Notes: generated by a model from the sequence alone, not told the origin. Shown: positions 25,381-38,856, numbered from the stretch's first letter. The stretch: DNA of 64,000 nt from Klebsormidium nitens (GCA_000708835.1 DF237423.1:8671-72670); one strand, 5' to 3'. Made by a program: numbers and translations.

Positions 25381-27399
25381 TGCGATGGCAAGGTCGGGCG
25401 GCGAACTCTCGAGTGAGGAGAGGCCGTTAGAAGCGCGCGGCTTGGTCAAGGAGTAACGATCAACCCCTTCGGCCGAGATACTGGAGAACTTGTATAGCCT
25501 TCTGGTTTCGGACACTTTAATAAAGCCGCCGAGCTGTGTACGACGGCGGCTTGACGCGTCAGATGATTGCTGACTTTCAACGAGAATCGAGAGCTTGATA
25601 TGAGAGACTCGGGTTGGTGCATTTTTCGCGCAGTTCTGATTGATAATCGACAGGCATTCCAATTGATTCGATCAATTCTGTAATCCTCCGTGCACGAGCC
25701 GGAGCTATATGATGTTCAAACACACGTTTCCAAGTTTCATGCAAACCGCAAAGTGTCGGACGTCGGGATTGGCGTCCACCAGCTGTGTGCATAAAGCTTG
25801 ATTGGAAATCGACCGCGCCTTACTTCGACCCATTTTACACTAGAGGTGAAAGAGAGGGCCTTCTTTCTGCAGAGATATTGTGCAGCATACGAGTATCGCG
25901 GAAAATCACGCAAACTGATCTCACATCCACTTGCAGTGCCGTGCATGCACACGAGCTGGCATGAAGCCGTGTAATTAGATCCTGAAGTGTCATGCTTTCT
26001 GAGTCAATACCTAGACGTCGCCAGCCCTGCCAATTCAGCCGCACAGTTGAAAGCCCGTATCTGTACGTGCATGCTTACAGCTACTATTGCAAAAATCGGG
26101 TTGGAAGGAACCCGGCCAACGTACGCGCGTATGTCGCCATCTAGTTAAAGCTCTGATCGTTTTCAGAAACGTTTTAATGCTCAACTATAGAGATCGAAGA
26201 GACTTTCTGCTAACAAAGGCCAAGCAGCTGCATTAAGGAGCCACAAGCTGATATTCAGATCCTGCTCCTTTAAGATGCTTCATGATTCGTCTGCTCCTGG
26301 AAGCGGCTGATTGCTAAGATACAGAAGCACATTCCCCGGAATCGTTTGCTCTGCCAGGCCGGCTTCTGCATGAATCATGAACATAATCTTGAGTTTCCTT
26401 TGAAGATCGGTGTAGAATCCCCTAGATCAATTCCGTTTATAGCGTCCCGTCGCACGTAGATCTGGAAAGAAAGATGCAGAAGAAAAGGTATGAGATGCTC
26501 GGGACAGGAAACTTTCTCATATCAGGCCATACAAAAAACGGTGCATGCTAAGCAAACTGAAGATGCTTAAAACATGACCTTTTCCGGAAAAAGGAACATA
26601 TCAGGTTGGTATGTTCCGCGCTTCCGCTTGCGGCGAGAACTGAGGCGAAAAGAGTTACGTTCAAGGAACCACCTTGGACATGCTCAAGTATCAATGCACG
26701 TATAGCGCATGCGTTGCTTACTTTGTGAGACAGCTCCTTAGTACATTCTGAACGGATGATCGGACAAACCTCATGATTTCAAGCCAGAAGCATTGTCGAG
26801 AAGTATATATGATAGGCTAGAAAATAGTTGCAGCTTGAAACGTAATTGCACTTGTGTCATGCCAAAAGGATAGGCACGGAGGGAAACGGCGCTAGAGGTC
26901 GCCTCTACGAAATTGAGATTCCGTGGGGCTACATTGTGCGACAAAACGCTTGCAAACGAGCCGCTAACCAGGAGGTTGGTCAAATGCCCTTACCAGGATG
27001 GACAGTTTACCAATTTCTACTTAGATCATGAACGGTGACCGATTGTGGTTAGCAGCAAACCTTCCCGTAAATCCACCTCGAGGAAGAGCTGTAAGCTGGG
27101 GTTGGCCTCTATTGTCTCCTGCATCCCTTGCCAAAACTGCGGCGTAAAGCTTGATTTTTGACTTGCTTGCTTTGGAAGACCCCATGCCTGTGTTCTCAGG
27201 TTGCATTTGAATGCGTTTGTCGGCACTCGGCAGTAGAAAGACACCGTGTCGATCTCCGGATCTCGTCACCCTCGGTACAATTACATGCGACCTAAGCTTG
27301 AATTGAGTAAGGGTCTTGACTTGGACGAGAAAAGGGGTCGGGTTAAGCAAGCCCGAATGTCTCCGCACGGAGATTATTGTCGAGGCTTCCTCAATGAAC

Positions 27400-28273
27400 T
27401 TAACAGCAGAAAGACAAAAAGGACGAAAAACGTATCTGCCATTCGTATCCCTCCACGTCTATCTTGATCACATCCACGCGCGCGCGCGCCCAGTCTTCGC
27501 CTTGTAGCAGCGTGTCCAGCCTCACGTAATCCACCGGGACCGCGCCCGCGCCCGCGGCCGCCCCGACCGTATTCCCCGGGGCCCACGTCATGTTGTCGCG
27601 CACGAAAACCTTCTTCCAGTCACTCCGATAACTCTCGTGTGACCTAAGAGCCGTGTGACCTAAGATAGGCACCCGGGGGACGGGTGGGGTTGGTATGGTG
27701 GTTAGGGTGGGGTGGGGTGCGGAGCGGCTGATTACTCGGGTTAGGATTTTAGTTTGAAGTGCCCGGGTAGCTCGTATCTTAAGTCACACGCCCGTTAGGT
27801 CACACGAGAGTTACCGGTATCTTCCTGTCTCCGTCCCCGACAGCTTTATTCTCGACTTTCACCGCCAGGGACTCCTCCACCGAGCGCGCGAGCAGGCCCG
27901 CCAGGCGCGGGTTCGCCTCGACCGCCAGAACGCGCCCGGTGGGTCCCACCGCGCGCGCGAACAGCGCCGTGTACCCGCCAACGCACGCGCCGACGTCCAC
28001 CATGTTCTGCCCCGCGCGCACGAGCGCGCGCACCGCTTCGATGGTCCCCCGCTCCTACACGGTTCCTTGACATAAGTGCGGAGTGACGCCCCGATCCCGG
28101 GAGTCGAGGAAGAAGTGAGTGTCAAAGAAATAAACGTAGCACATGAGGACGTGATAGCCCAAGTAGAACATTCTCTTCGCGGACCGGTCGTCGGCTCGGA
28201 GCGCCTCCGCTAGTTTCTCGAGAGCGCTCTTCAGGTCGCCCTGCTGGTGCGCGCGCTCGATCACGGCCCGCAA
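27400..28273 (-). pseudogene. FkbM-family SAM-dependent methyltransferase, disrupted
   Basis: Motifs FFLDSRDRGVTPHL, VDVGACVGGYTALFARAVGPTGRVLAVEANP and IKIDVEGYE. There is an in-frame TAG at 28057-28055 (GTV*ERG), a TIR element at 27627-27815, and non-canonical splice sites where canonical ones are expected (ttgcgg acceptor ~28270; CAG|atacgt donor ~27436). Confidence 0.75.
27627..27815. mobile_element. MITE-like non-autonomous element, copy 1 (~41-bp imperfect TIRs)
   Basis: Left end gataactctcgtgtgacctaagagccgtgtgacctaagata versus reverse complement of the right end ggtaactctcgtgtgacctaacgggcgtgtgacttaagata. TSD not cleanly resolved. Confidence 0.8.
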
Positions 28274-28982
28274 GTCAGGAGGGGTTTAACCCTTGACCTC
28301 TGGCAGGTGCAGTCTGGGGGAATCTGTTTCCACCTCTATATGATACGAGCTGAAAATTGTCGTTCGACGTGGCAAAGTCCTTGCTCAACGGCTTGAACAG
28401 ACCTTGCATCTCGACTTTTACCCAGACGGGAAGGTCACGACGACCCCCATTGATGTCGTCTGCAAGAAGGTCGAGAATAGCGTTCGAATCTAGTGTTAAG
28501 CCAAAGGGACCTGGTATTTTTTGCGCGAATTCGAATTAGAAAAGTGGGAGAACTGATCTGCGGCGTCGCTATCTTCGGAGGAAAGTTTGCAATTGCGATC
28601 TGATCCTACGTCTCTCTCAACAGCGAACACGCGAGCGAGCTTTTCCAAGGGTTTGGAGGCCCTCGAAAGAGCATTGCAGGAACTAAAGGACAATTTCGAG
28701 CGGAGCTATATACGCAAAGGGCGGCAATGAGCTCTAACTTTGTCGGCAGATTTTGCGCTTAGCAAACGAGGCCCATTTAATGCAATGCAGGTAAGAGGTC
28801 TTGCTTCGCTTCGAATCCGCAAAGAGGTCGTTACGGACCATATTGTGACGTAACAGCCGCGCACTCAGCAAATCTGGTCTAACGTTCGAGAACTCTGCAT
28901 CCAAATCTTTTCTCCACGATTGTGATCCGCCCATCTGCGCGCCCCGCCGTAGGCCTCACTTACCTGTCACCGTTATCTAGTG

Positions 28983-29423
28983 ATGGCTGCCTTCTGTTTG
29001 CGGACCGACTTTCTCTCCGTTCAAGTTCCTCGAGAACACATTGCTGTGGGTGAAATCTTTCCGGTCCCGTTCCGGGTCGAGTTCGGATACAAGCAAGTAC
29101 TGAGGAGATGAAGATGACGTTCACTAAAAAGCTGAATTGAGTTTGGAAGTAAATAGGCCACCCAATCACCAAATCTCCAAGAGACCAACTTTTCAGCTCG
29201 CCTGCCCACCTCTGTGTTCCTTTGCAGCATCAGGCACTTCTTCGAGATTGTCTATCTGTTCCCCCAGATCTCTGACAATGGTAAGAAGCTCCTCCGTCTC
29301 CAGATCCCCTCCATCTGCATTGATGTGGCTTACGTTGGGCTGCCTTGGGAAGATGTTCTGATGCAAGGAAAGGAGGATAAGCTGTTAAACTGTGAGGACA
29401 AGTATGAAGGCGATGGCAAATAA
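28983..29423 (+). CDS. Possible small two-exon protein of unknown function
   Basis: Two C-ending-codon-biased segments (MAAFCLRTDFLSVQVPREHIAVGEIFPVPFRVEFGY and, after ttcctttgcag, IRHFFEIVYLFPQISDNGKKLL...). No recognisable motif, and the donor would have to be GC. Confidence 0.2.
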
Positions 29424-30314
29424 GCATAATAATGAAGAGAAGAAGTCGGTTTATTGTGAAACTTTCTTGCGGATAGTACCTTTGTTCGAACTCGGAGCCT
29501 TGAGTCCGTAACCATTCATCGGATTGACCAGCGGCGAGCTTAATCTGCAGGCAGCCTCAATCTTCCGATCGCACATTCACTGCTGTTGTGAACCTTTATC
29601 CTTAAAGTTGGATGGCAAATTTTGAGTGCTCCGTTGAGATGCTTGGAGGGAGATCGCCGGACTTTGTAAGGGGAATTCTGCCGTTCTCAGCAGATTATCT
29701 TCCGGCGTTTCGTTCATTGCCAGAGAGCTCATTGGTCAGCTTCGGTAGAAAGGGTCGTAGCTGGATTCAAAGCAGGGGTACAGACTGCCGGGCGTCCGCC
29801 GCTGATGCTCAAAACTGTAAGTATGAGAGGTTGAAGAGTCCACTTTTACTTGGAACCAAACGAACCAGTCTCTGAGATGACAAATTAACAGCTTGCCACC
29901 TCACAGGCCTTCAGTCAGTCCGAGCCGCCACGTTTGCTAGGGCGCCCCAAAAATATCATGACCAAAATACGGGGCATCGTTTCTTTCTTTCACGTAGCAG
30001 CGACGTTGCGGTCGTTCCTTTCGACACAATCGCCTACCGACTTTGTGTTCATGGTGGGCTTTACCGGATAGCGTATCACAGTGTCATGCATATCGTCGGG
30101 TAAGTCTGCGGTAATTGCCACTCGATGTGGCGCGTTGAGCTGAAACCGTTTCAAGAATCATTGTGCGTTCAGATGAGCCGTTAAGCGAAGGTGATGTGAC
30201 AACTTGCCTTCCGGAATACGCAAAACAACTGCGGGCTCAATTGTGCCAGCAATCTCAAGCCTACTGAGGACAAGCCGGGACTTTTGAAATCAACGTATGG
30301 TCATATCGCACTCT

Positions 30315-30494
30315 GGTAAGTCTAGTCTGCCCTAACCGCAGTGTGCCTTAAAATAGGCGGCGGCCCGGGGGACGCGGGTAGGGTGCGTTGGGGTGCGGAT
30401 CGCGTAAGTTTCTGGGTTAGGGTTTCAATTTGGTTGCTCGGGGTCTACTAATTAATGTTTTGGCACATAGCTGTTTGGGCGCACAAGAGTTACC
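30315..30494. mobile_element. MITE-like element, diverged copy 2 of the 27627-27815 family
   Basis: Ends ggtaagtctagtctgccctaa ... gcacaagagttacc. Shared internal blocks ataggc, cccgggggacg, ggggtgcgga and gggttagg(g/a)ttt. Similar length (180 vs 189 bp). Confidence 0.65.
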
Positions 30495-31549
30495 ACTGAC
30501 CAGTATTCATATCTCATCCAGGTGTGACCGTCGAAACGTTGGCACGCCTAGTCGAATCGCGGCTGCGTCTGTCTATCATTAGCAAGACACCGCATGATAG
30601 CGGCGCATGCGTGAAGGGGATAGCAATGGTCGGCAGAGCCTGTAGCACACTCGCCACTTGCGGTTCCCAAGGTGGTAAAATTGTTTCTGTCTGATCAGAA
30701 CACGACAGACACTTGTTGCCGTCTTCCAAGAGTAATGAACTTTTTGTCTATAGGCTCTATCATGATGCATGAGTGACCATAGCAACTTGAGGAGATCCAA
30801 GATGATCCTCATGCCAAGAACCAAAAAGCTGGGCGACGTACGCGCTTATCAGAGATGATCGGCCGGATGCATAAAACTCTTACGTGACTATATTCGATCG
30901 ACGCTCAAGGCTGAGTGTACGTCCGAGAATTCTCGACGGCAATCCGAAAGATTCGACCAGCATCATTTTTCAAAGCGCTTTGACTCTAATCGATGCCCAT
31001 TACTTGCACCGAATGAAGGTAAACGTAGTCCATCCGGCGGTCCAGTCCAATAGATTTAACAATCAGTAGCGTTTGCCGGAAGCTTGGAACTGGGGTGAAC
31101 ATTCCGTTTCCAGGTTCTACGAAACGCTTCAAGTTACAAGAGCCGGCCTTTATCAACAAACTCTACAAGCTCTATTCAAAAGGGCTTGATTTTACCAAAA
31201 CGTATCTATCAAAAGTAAACCCTGGTCCCAGGATTCTTCATAGGCCCATGCTAGCCATTGCGCTTCATGAAGCGCTCTTTGACAAAAGGTTTAGCAGACG
31301 GAGCCTTTTGCAATCTCTAGTCTCCAAACGCTCCACATGGTACACAAGTTCTTATCGTTACATGGGCGAAAGCAGGCCCGCTTCTATGCTCATTGACCGG
31401 TGACGCTCTCGCTCAAGTCAACATTCCCGTCCGTGGCACAGCTTTCTCGCCCGTCCGTGCTAAAAGTACACGTATCATCCGGATCAGTTGACTCATTTCA
31501 ATCGTGACCGCTAACGTACAGTTTTAAGCTGCCCGCCAAAAGCGAGAAA

Positions 31550-34500
31550 TCACGCCCCCGCTTTGAGCTCAGTTGCCACCCCATCCGCTGCACGGGGCGC
31601 CTCCTTCTTCATTCTCTGCTCGCGCGCCCCCTCGTCCTCTAACCTCGGCACGTCGGAGGGCGCGGGCGCTTCCTTCTCCTCAACCCCCGGTCCATTCTCC
31701 TGCTTGGGCGCCCCCCCATTGGGCGCAGACTTCTTCTCCTCCTCCTCTGGTTGCGCCTCGGTTCCGGCCGCCTCCGTTCCTTCCGCTGCCACTCCGTCCG
31801 CCGCTTCTCCCTCGGCGGCGGCCTCCGTCTCCACCTTGCCATTCGCGCCCTCCCCCTGGTCGCCCTTTTCGGCGACGTCTCCCTCGGGCGCCTGCTCTTT
31901 GCTCCCGCCATCACCGGCGACCTTCTCCTTGGGCGCCTTCTCCTCAGCCTCCGTGCTGACGTCAGCGGGCGCCTCTTTGCTCTCGTCAGCAGGCGCCAGA
32001 GCCGGCTCCGCGTCCTCTGCAGCGGGGACGTCCTCGTCCACTTCGGCGGGTTTCTCCTCGGTGACGTCAGCGGGAGCTTCTTCGGCCTCTTTGGCGGGCG
32101 CCGCTTCCGTCTTCTCGCCCGTCTCGGCGGGTTTTTCCTTGCTGACATCAGCGGCCTCCTCCATGCTGACGTCGGCGTCCGCCGGCTTCTTCTCAACCGC
32201 GCCTGCGGCGGGGGCTTCCTCGGCCTTGGCTGCAGTCTGTTCCCCGTCCTGTCAAGGGATATGTATTAAGGTAAGCAATCAACGACTTCGTCAAACGTGT
32301 GCACGTTATGCAATGTGACTATTTACCAACATCGCAGAAAAGAAGACCAATCCGGCAGACGGCTGGTGAATTCTAAGGCCGAAAAGCAGTGCCAGGACGA
32401 GTTACTGTCTTCGTATTTGAGATTGTCGCAATTGCAAGCAACGTCGATGTTCCCAACCGAGCAATATTTCACTATGCAGTTGCTTTACCTAGTAGCTGAG
32501 GTTTGTATATCAACAACAGTCGCAGACTCTGCAAAACAGTAAGCCATTCAGAGAATCCTCGCAAAATGTTGAAATTATCGACGGTCCTGCAATCTGGAGA
32601 ATCAGCGAACTTTCCGGGACGGCATTAAGCCTGCCCGCCAGCTTTTCAGATTGCAAAGCATCTAGATCCACAGCTTGCCCACAGGCCCATGCAGAGTCGC
32701 TCTGACAACTGTCCAAAAAGCCCAGAGCAAATCTGCAAATACGAACAGCCAATTCGTGTGTGCGACAGGAAGCCCAACCCTCCACCCCACTCACCTGCTC
32801 TTTCTTCGCCCCGTCTGTCTGCGCCGCTGCGCACTCCATCCCCCCGGGGCACTTCGCATAGCCCCGGTAGTGCCCGTTGTGCAGCTTGATGAGCGCCGTC
32901 TCGAGGTCCCGGCAATCGACGCCGGACGCCTTGGCCAGCTCCTCCAGGACGTCCGTGGCCTTGACCGGCGACTGCGCCTTTTGGCCGTCCGAATCCGCGC
33001 CCTTCTGGCGCTTGTTGGTCCGCGCGATCTTGGAGACGAGGCCCAAGTGCTGCGAAGGGATCGTGAATTGTTCAGCTTGCTGAGGTCACTAATAGAAGTG
33101 CTGACGTATGTCATCGGCTTGCTGATTGGGCTTAGCCACCAGGCAAAGGTTACGGTGCCTTGGGAGGAAAATCGCTCGAGCTAAATATGACTTGGGTTCG
33201 GCTCACCGCTGATGATGCGGAATACACAAGCACTGCAAACCGTCGGGCTCTTCAGAATGAATGAGCCCGCTGGCTTCTTTGCTTTGAAACGGCACGGGTA
33301 GAGAGGTGTCGTCCGGTGGTCACTGCATCGAAAACTTTACAAGGTAGCTGCAAAAGCCAACAAAGTAATAGAAACATATGCCTCGAACCATCGAAAACTG
33401 CTCAACAACCTAAGAAACATATAATTAGCCTCTTGACCGTCATCAAAGTTAGATCGGCTACACGACCACAACCAACCCGCATGATATTCTGCTGCGAATG
33501 CTCGAGACGCCGCGTCCCTATTAGAACCTGGTTCAGAGCCCTGTCAACGTTCTTCCACTGATATGCAAGAACTCAAAAAGCCTATACGGACTCCCCTTGT
33601 CGCGTGCAGCCCCCACGGTTCTGAGACAGTTTCCTTCCAGATCAGAACCTGAAACATACTCAGACGAAAAGACCAAAGTGAAAACCTGACCGTTGGGGCC
33701 AGCACTGAAACGTTTCTCGACCGGCCGTGCCCACGGTGACCCTTGTCAGAAAGTTCTCAACGCCGGGGCACGAATCCACTTACCTGCACTACTTCCAGCG
33801 CCCTGTCGCTGATGTCGAGCCCGTCCTTGACCACACCTCTTCACCCGTCGGTCACAAGACGACTTTTGTTATTAATGCCGAGAAATCCGACCCGCGGCTC
33901 TCACCTGCGCTGCTTCCAGCGCCCTCTCGCTGACGTCGAGCACGTCCTTGACCTGCGGGTACAGCTCCTTGAGGTCGCGCAGGAACAGCTCCGCCGTGGT
34001 GGGGCCCATGTACGGCAGGGCCTCCACGCTCGCGCGCACCTCGCTGCACACAAGCGGCGGATCGATAATCAACGATTTTCGGGTCAAGTGAAAGATAGTC
34101 TTACTGTTTGAAGCCAAGCTTTTTCTCCTCTGTATTTCAGATGCATCGAGTCTTATACTAGTTTTCCTTCTTCTCTTTCTCTGCAGGTGAGCGTGTAGTG
34201 CAGGGCTTCCACTTTGGCATGCACCTCGCTGCACACACGCCGGTGCATCCGGTTGAGATCTCAGATATCGATTGTCAGGTACCTCCGAAGGCGATTGGGT
34301 AAGTGAGATGTTTGTCTTCTCTGCAGCGACGTTTTGTGGGTACAATGACGCCACAATATTTCACAACGATCATGTGTAAGAAGGTCACCCCATTAGCCCG
34401 CAGCTCGCTGCACAGACATGGATGCAAGAGAGGTGGAGAGCTCTCATCAAGGGAAGAGGATGACTTTGGCAGTCACTACTCGAGCAAAGGAGACTGCTGA

Positions 34501-37500
34501 GAGGAGACTGCTCACTGCGGGTCCTCGGAGCTGGTGAGCAGCTGGCGCACGCTGCCCGCGTACTGGTCCTGCAACACCTGAGTCAGCGATTGCAGCTGCT
34601 TGGTGGTGCGGTCGCGGCGCTGGGCCTTACCCTCCTGCAAATTGGAGAAATGGTCTCGAACCAAGACGTTCGAATGGACGGAACGGGCGGGGTTGGTCTG
34701 GAGGTTCGCTTTGGATCGTCGATTTCTTTCACCCTAGAGTGCTTCTTTTGCAAGTTACCCTTATCGGAGGAAGGGGGGAATGGAACTCGAGACTTTTACC
34801 CTGAGTTCTTGGAAGTTGGCCTGGTAACAACGGGTGGCCGGACAACCAGCCCGGATCGACGAGCATATGTGAGACAACATGGAGGAAGAGAGTGCAAAGG
34901 ATGCCAATCCATATACGGATAAGGCTGGGGAATGTCATGTGAGCAGATTTCCTGCTTTCAATGCCTCCGTAGTCAATAATCAATAAAAATTTCAGCTCTT
35001 TTGCTTGGCTTCAAATGTGCCTGGACTCGATTAGGTAGCCCTTTTGACTTTTATTTTTCCTCTGTCCCGCCCCGTCCAAGAGGCCCGTACTGAAGCGGGA
35101 CCTTCTTGACCCATTGTATATTCTTGCACAATTTTTGCTGTCCCTCTTGGGGCACTTACCAAGTCAGCTGGACTGCCCCTCCCCAGAACACCAATGCCAA
35201 TGTCGCCCTGGCTGCTCCTTCTCCTAACCGTTAAATACTTCGTCTTTAAAATGTTAACTCTTACCTTACCCCCCTGCACCCCCTTCGTAGCTATAGGCAT
35301 CTACATCTGGATGGTAAGAATCTTACAGGGCGCTTTCTTGAAAAGCCCTGACCCCTGACCAACAGCCGATTCTCGGACCCCTCCTAGTCCAACATGGCAT
35401 TTTTATACACAAGAGTCAACAAGGGAACCAAGCGCATCTTTCCGGACCATCAAACCATGCTACCAGATGTCAACTTACATCAAAGCACCCACTACTTTTC
35501 CTGGGGCTTCGAATCAGACTGGTGTCCAACCCCACACTTCGCACATACAAGCCTCCCTGGTCACTCAAGACTCTCCAAAATCCGTCCTTATGTCCCACAG
35601 CGCCTCATCCTCACGTTTACCTCCCTTGATGTAAGTTTCGTCCTAATCAAAACTCTCAGCTAACCCAAGCTGGTGTACAAAACCCCCAACTGGTGATGAC
35701 ATATTGCCCCACTCACCGACAGCTTGTCCCACAGCGCATGATACTCCAGCTTGCCGGCGTCTGACACATTCTTGATGCCCCCTTCAGTCAGCACTTTGTA
35801 TGTGTTCACGACCTGCCCCGCACTGATCCCCCGGCTGAAGAGCACCGAGAGCAGGAACCACTGCTCAAGCGCCGCGTCACCCCCATTCTCAAGGTCAATG
35901 CCGGCCTCCTTGCTCTGGCGGCCGCCGTACCTGCAGATAGTTGGCTAAGGATTGGAACCGACATATTTAAACAAGGGGTGATTTTTTTGGAGCGACTCGT
36001 TGGAGTCCTTGTGGAGGCGGCGACGACTATACTTGCAATAACGAGGAATTCCAGGTTTTGTAGAGCTCTCTTTGAGAGTTTGCCTACTTTCAGCGAATAG
36101 ACTCACGGATTCAGGGAACTAGGGGTATTTTAGGCGCGAAAGGCCTTGGGGATTTGCAAGTACAGTCCGCATATTATTGCGTTAGACAACAAAAGTAGCG
36201 CTCTACAACAGCTCTTCAGTGTGCCCCCAAGAAGCTTGACAAGACTTGGTGAAACAGCAACTGCGTTAGCAATTGCAATTGAGTCAGTCTTATATTTTCA
36301 GAGGATCCTGGGATAGCCTCTTTTCAGACCCTGTGCAGGACACCAGAACTTCTGTGAACACTGGGGCGCCTGCAGGGCTCACATTGCTTGCAAACCATAA
36401 GCAGTAAGAAAACGGCAGGAACTATAAAAGAACTGAGAGCTATGATGGTAAGATAGCTTGTGCTGGTGCATGCACCTGCATTTTTCACAAGGACAAAAAG
36501 CTTTGTTACCCAGATATCAATACTTTTCTAAGTTACATTGAATTTCAATGTATTCATTTGTTTGGAGAGAAAGACACATCACTGTTTTGCCCATGTTTGA
36601 CAACAGCAAGTTTTGTAGGCTATGCATTTTTCAGACTGAGTCCAGGTAAAACAGTATTACATCATCTTAACTGACGCAAGCGTTGAAAAACACATGCAAC
36701 TATTTGGCGAGGAAATGCAAAGGGACCTTGAGCACACCTTTCAAAAGCCAGAAGTAACAACAGCCAATCAAGACTGGAGGGAATGAAAGGAGCTGGCCCC
36801 AAGAGGGCTTCTACCCAAGAAGAGTTATCATACGCTTCCAAAACATGTTTAATGCTCACCATGAAGTTTGGTGGGTATGGACAAATCCAGAAATGTGAAG
36901 ACACTTGGTAAAATGTGAATCTTATGTGGTAATGTCGATTTGCTTATCTGCCCTTTTGATTGCTTGTTTGGGGGCAAAGCAAGCGCAAAAAGACCAAGAA
37001 GCTCCCCTTCGAAGAGCTGGATGTCACACAAACACAATGAAAGGTCAGCATAGAATTTCTTACAACCATTTTCTACATAAGTTGCCTTGTGTAAGCGATG
37101 GCACTGACACTACGGCGTTCTGAGCATCCATGTCTGGTGAAATACATCTCACTGAAAATACAATTGAAGGCTTCAGACAGTGGGCCCCCACCGAATGGTA
37201 AATGGAGGGCTGGTCCCATTTTTGTTCCTGTCCTTAGAACCACATGCAGCCTGCTGTATAGCCCTCTCACAATGTCAATCCAATACCTCAGGAATGCCTC
37301 TCTGCCCTTCCAGCCATCTTTCTTTCAAAGGTAAAAGGTAAAGTAACCATCCTTGACTGGAATACATGTACATGCACGATGGCATAATCCACATTGTCCT
37401 GCTCTTCTGTTGCTCTTGCAGAAAAGAAGAGGAACGCATGTCTTGGAAGGGGGATCAAGGGGTAATGCAACGAACGGTATAAGGTTGCAATGGATGCAGT

Positions 37501-37798
37501 CTAACCAGACAGGGTAGGTTGACAGTCAGCCCCCAAACGTCATCATGAGCTGGATATGACTCCACTGAGTAAAGCCACAAAATGCCCCTTCTCTTATGTT
37601 TCAGCTCAAAAATAAAATGGAGACAAAAGTAATTAGCTCAGACTCCAATTTCCATCAGATCAAGTTCCTACTCCTCAAGTGCACTTACCTGTCTATGAGA
37701 CCAACAGCGAGTTCCTGCTGGTCCTTCTCGCCCAGACGCCCTGGCAGCACTTGCGTGTGCTCCTTCTTGGAGGCAGCGCCGCGCTTCCTTGGGGCCAT
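31550..37798 (-). CDS. Prokaryote-type HhH-GPD/endonuclease III-superfamily protein with Ala/Glu-rich C-terminal tail (~511 aa)
   Basis: Exons 37798-37689, 35930-35717, 34634-34516, 34043-33905, 33049-32795 and 32248-31550 are in phase (1536 nt). YGGRQSKEAGIDL..EQWFLLSVLFSRGIS, QYAGSVRQL and HhH-like ALPYMGPTTAELFLRDLKELYP match my recollection of an uncharacterised bacterial/archaeal HhH-GPD family. Confidence 0.72.
33775..33955 (-). repeat. Intronic copy of the exon-4 3' end plus donor of the HhH-GPD gene (~120 bp spacing)
   Basis: cttacctgcactacttccagcgccctgtcgctgatgtcgagcccgtccttgacc (~33779) versus the real ctcacctgcgctgcttccagcgccctctcgctgacgtcgagcacgtccttgacc (~33900). Confidence 0.85.
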
Positions 37799-38856
37799 TG
37801 CGACTGAGCAAAAGCGCAGAAGCTGATTCAACTGTATGTTCAGAAGCAGCAACACCCTTGCAATGTGAGGGGTGAGCTCGTCCCTAAGGAAAGCGCGACG
37901 CGAGCTGAACTTCAAATCTTCAACACGGTCACCAGTGTAGCGCCAAGTTCCAACCACATTCACAAGCACATGGCAAACTGACCAAGAAAAGGAACCAGCA
38001 TCAACTTCTGAAACTCGCTTTCTCTTTCCTTGCGCCTGTTCACACTACGCTTTATCAGCTGTGCTTGTGCCGTGATTGGTAATGTGTAAATTGGCTCTAC
38101 ATACTTGATTGCCACGTCACCAAGTCCGCAAAATCTTTGCATGCAGTCGCATTTATTTCCGGCGCTTTGTCTTGCGTCACCCTTGGGTGCCAAGTCTGAA
38201 AAATGACGTCCGCAAAAGGCACATGCCGCAGCCAAGTCAGCAGTGCATAATGGCGCCCGGCCCAGTCCAGACTCCAAAGCCCTGTTTAGAGGGCTTGCTA
38301 CTGAATGCAAGCCCTCTTGAGTCTCAGCTCAAACTTGAATGCCAGCTCTTTGGAAAGGCCTTCTGCTCAAGACGTTGGCGCTAGAACGACGCATCACTTT
38401 TTACTCTAAAAGTCTCCAAGACGCCTTTAAAGGGGAATTTCCCTGCCCGTAAAAGCTGGCGCGCTGCAATTGGTCTTCTAGGTATCATTCAGCAGCTGTT
38501 CAGCATTTGTCGGACCTGTCAGTCCGCTCCTGGACATTCATCCTCACTCAAACATTCTCCTTAGTTGGGCTTACTTCTTCTTGGAGCGCTGCAGCTCATA
38601 TCTCACACTGAGGGAACAGGCTGCAATGCGTGGCTGAACTAGATTGCAGCATGCTGTAATACTTCTATCTTCTAAAGAATAATTTCAAGGAAGCAAGCTC
38701 TCTTGCCACTGATCAACCACCGCTGCCAGCAGCTGAAGAAGCCCTCTCAACTACCTGAACCACCAGATACCAGTCGTCAAATACTTACCAATGCCGCGCC
38801 ACCGCGCAACTCCCGGCCCGACGTCCAACACCCGCACGGGGGGCCGGAAAGGCACC

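Noticed and set aside
26846-27031. GRLYEIEIP, reminiscent of an ADP-ribosyltransferase toxin strand
   Set aside because: Only a short motif in a 61-aa ORF, with no supporting R/S/E catalytic context or splice model.
31563-32318. Plus-strand Ser/Ala-rich 251-aa ORF and alternative-frame Arg-rich ORFs
   Set aside because: They are antisense or frame shadows of the Ala/Glu-rich last exon of the HhH-GPD gene.
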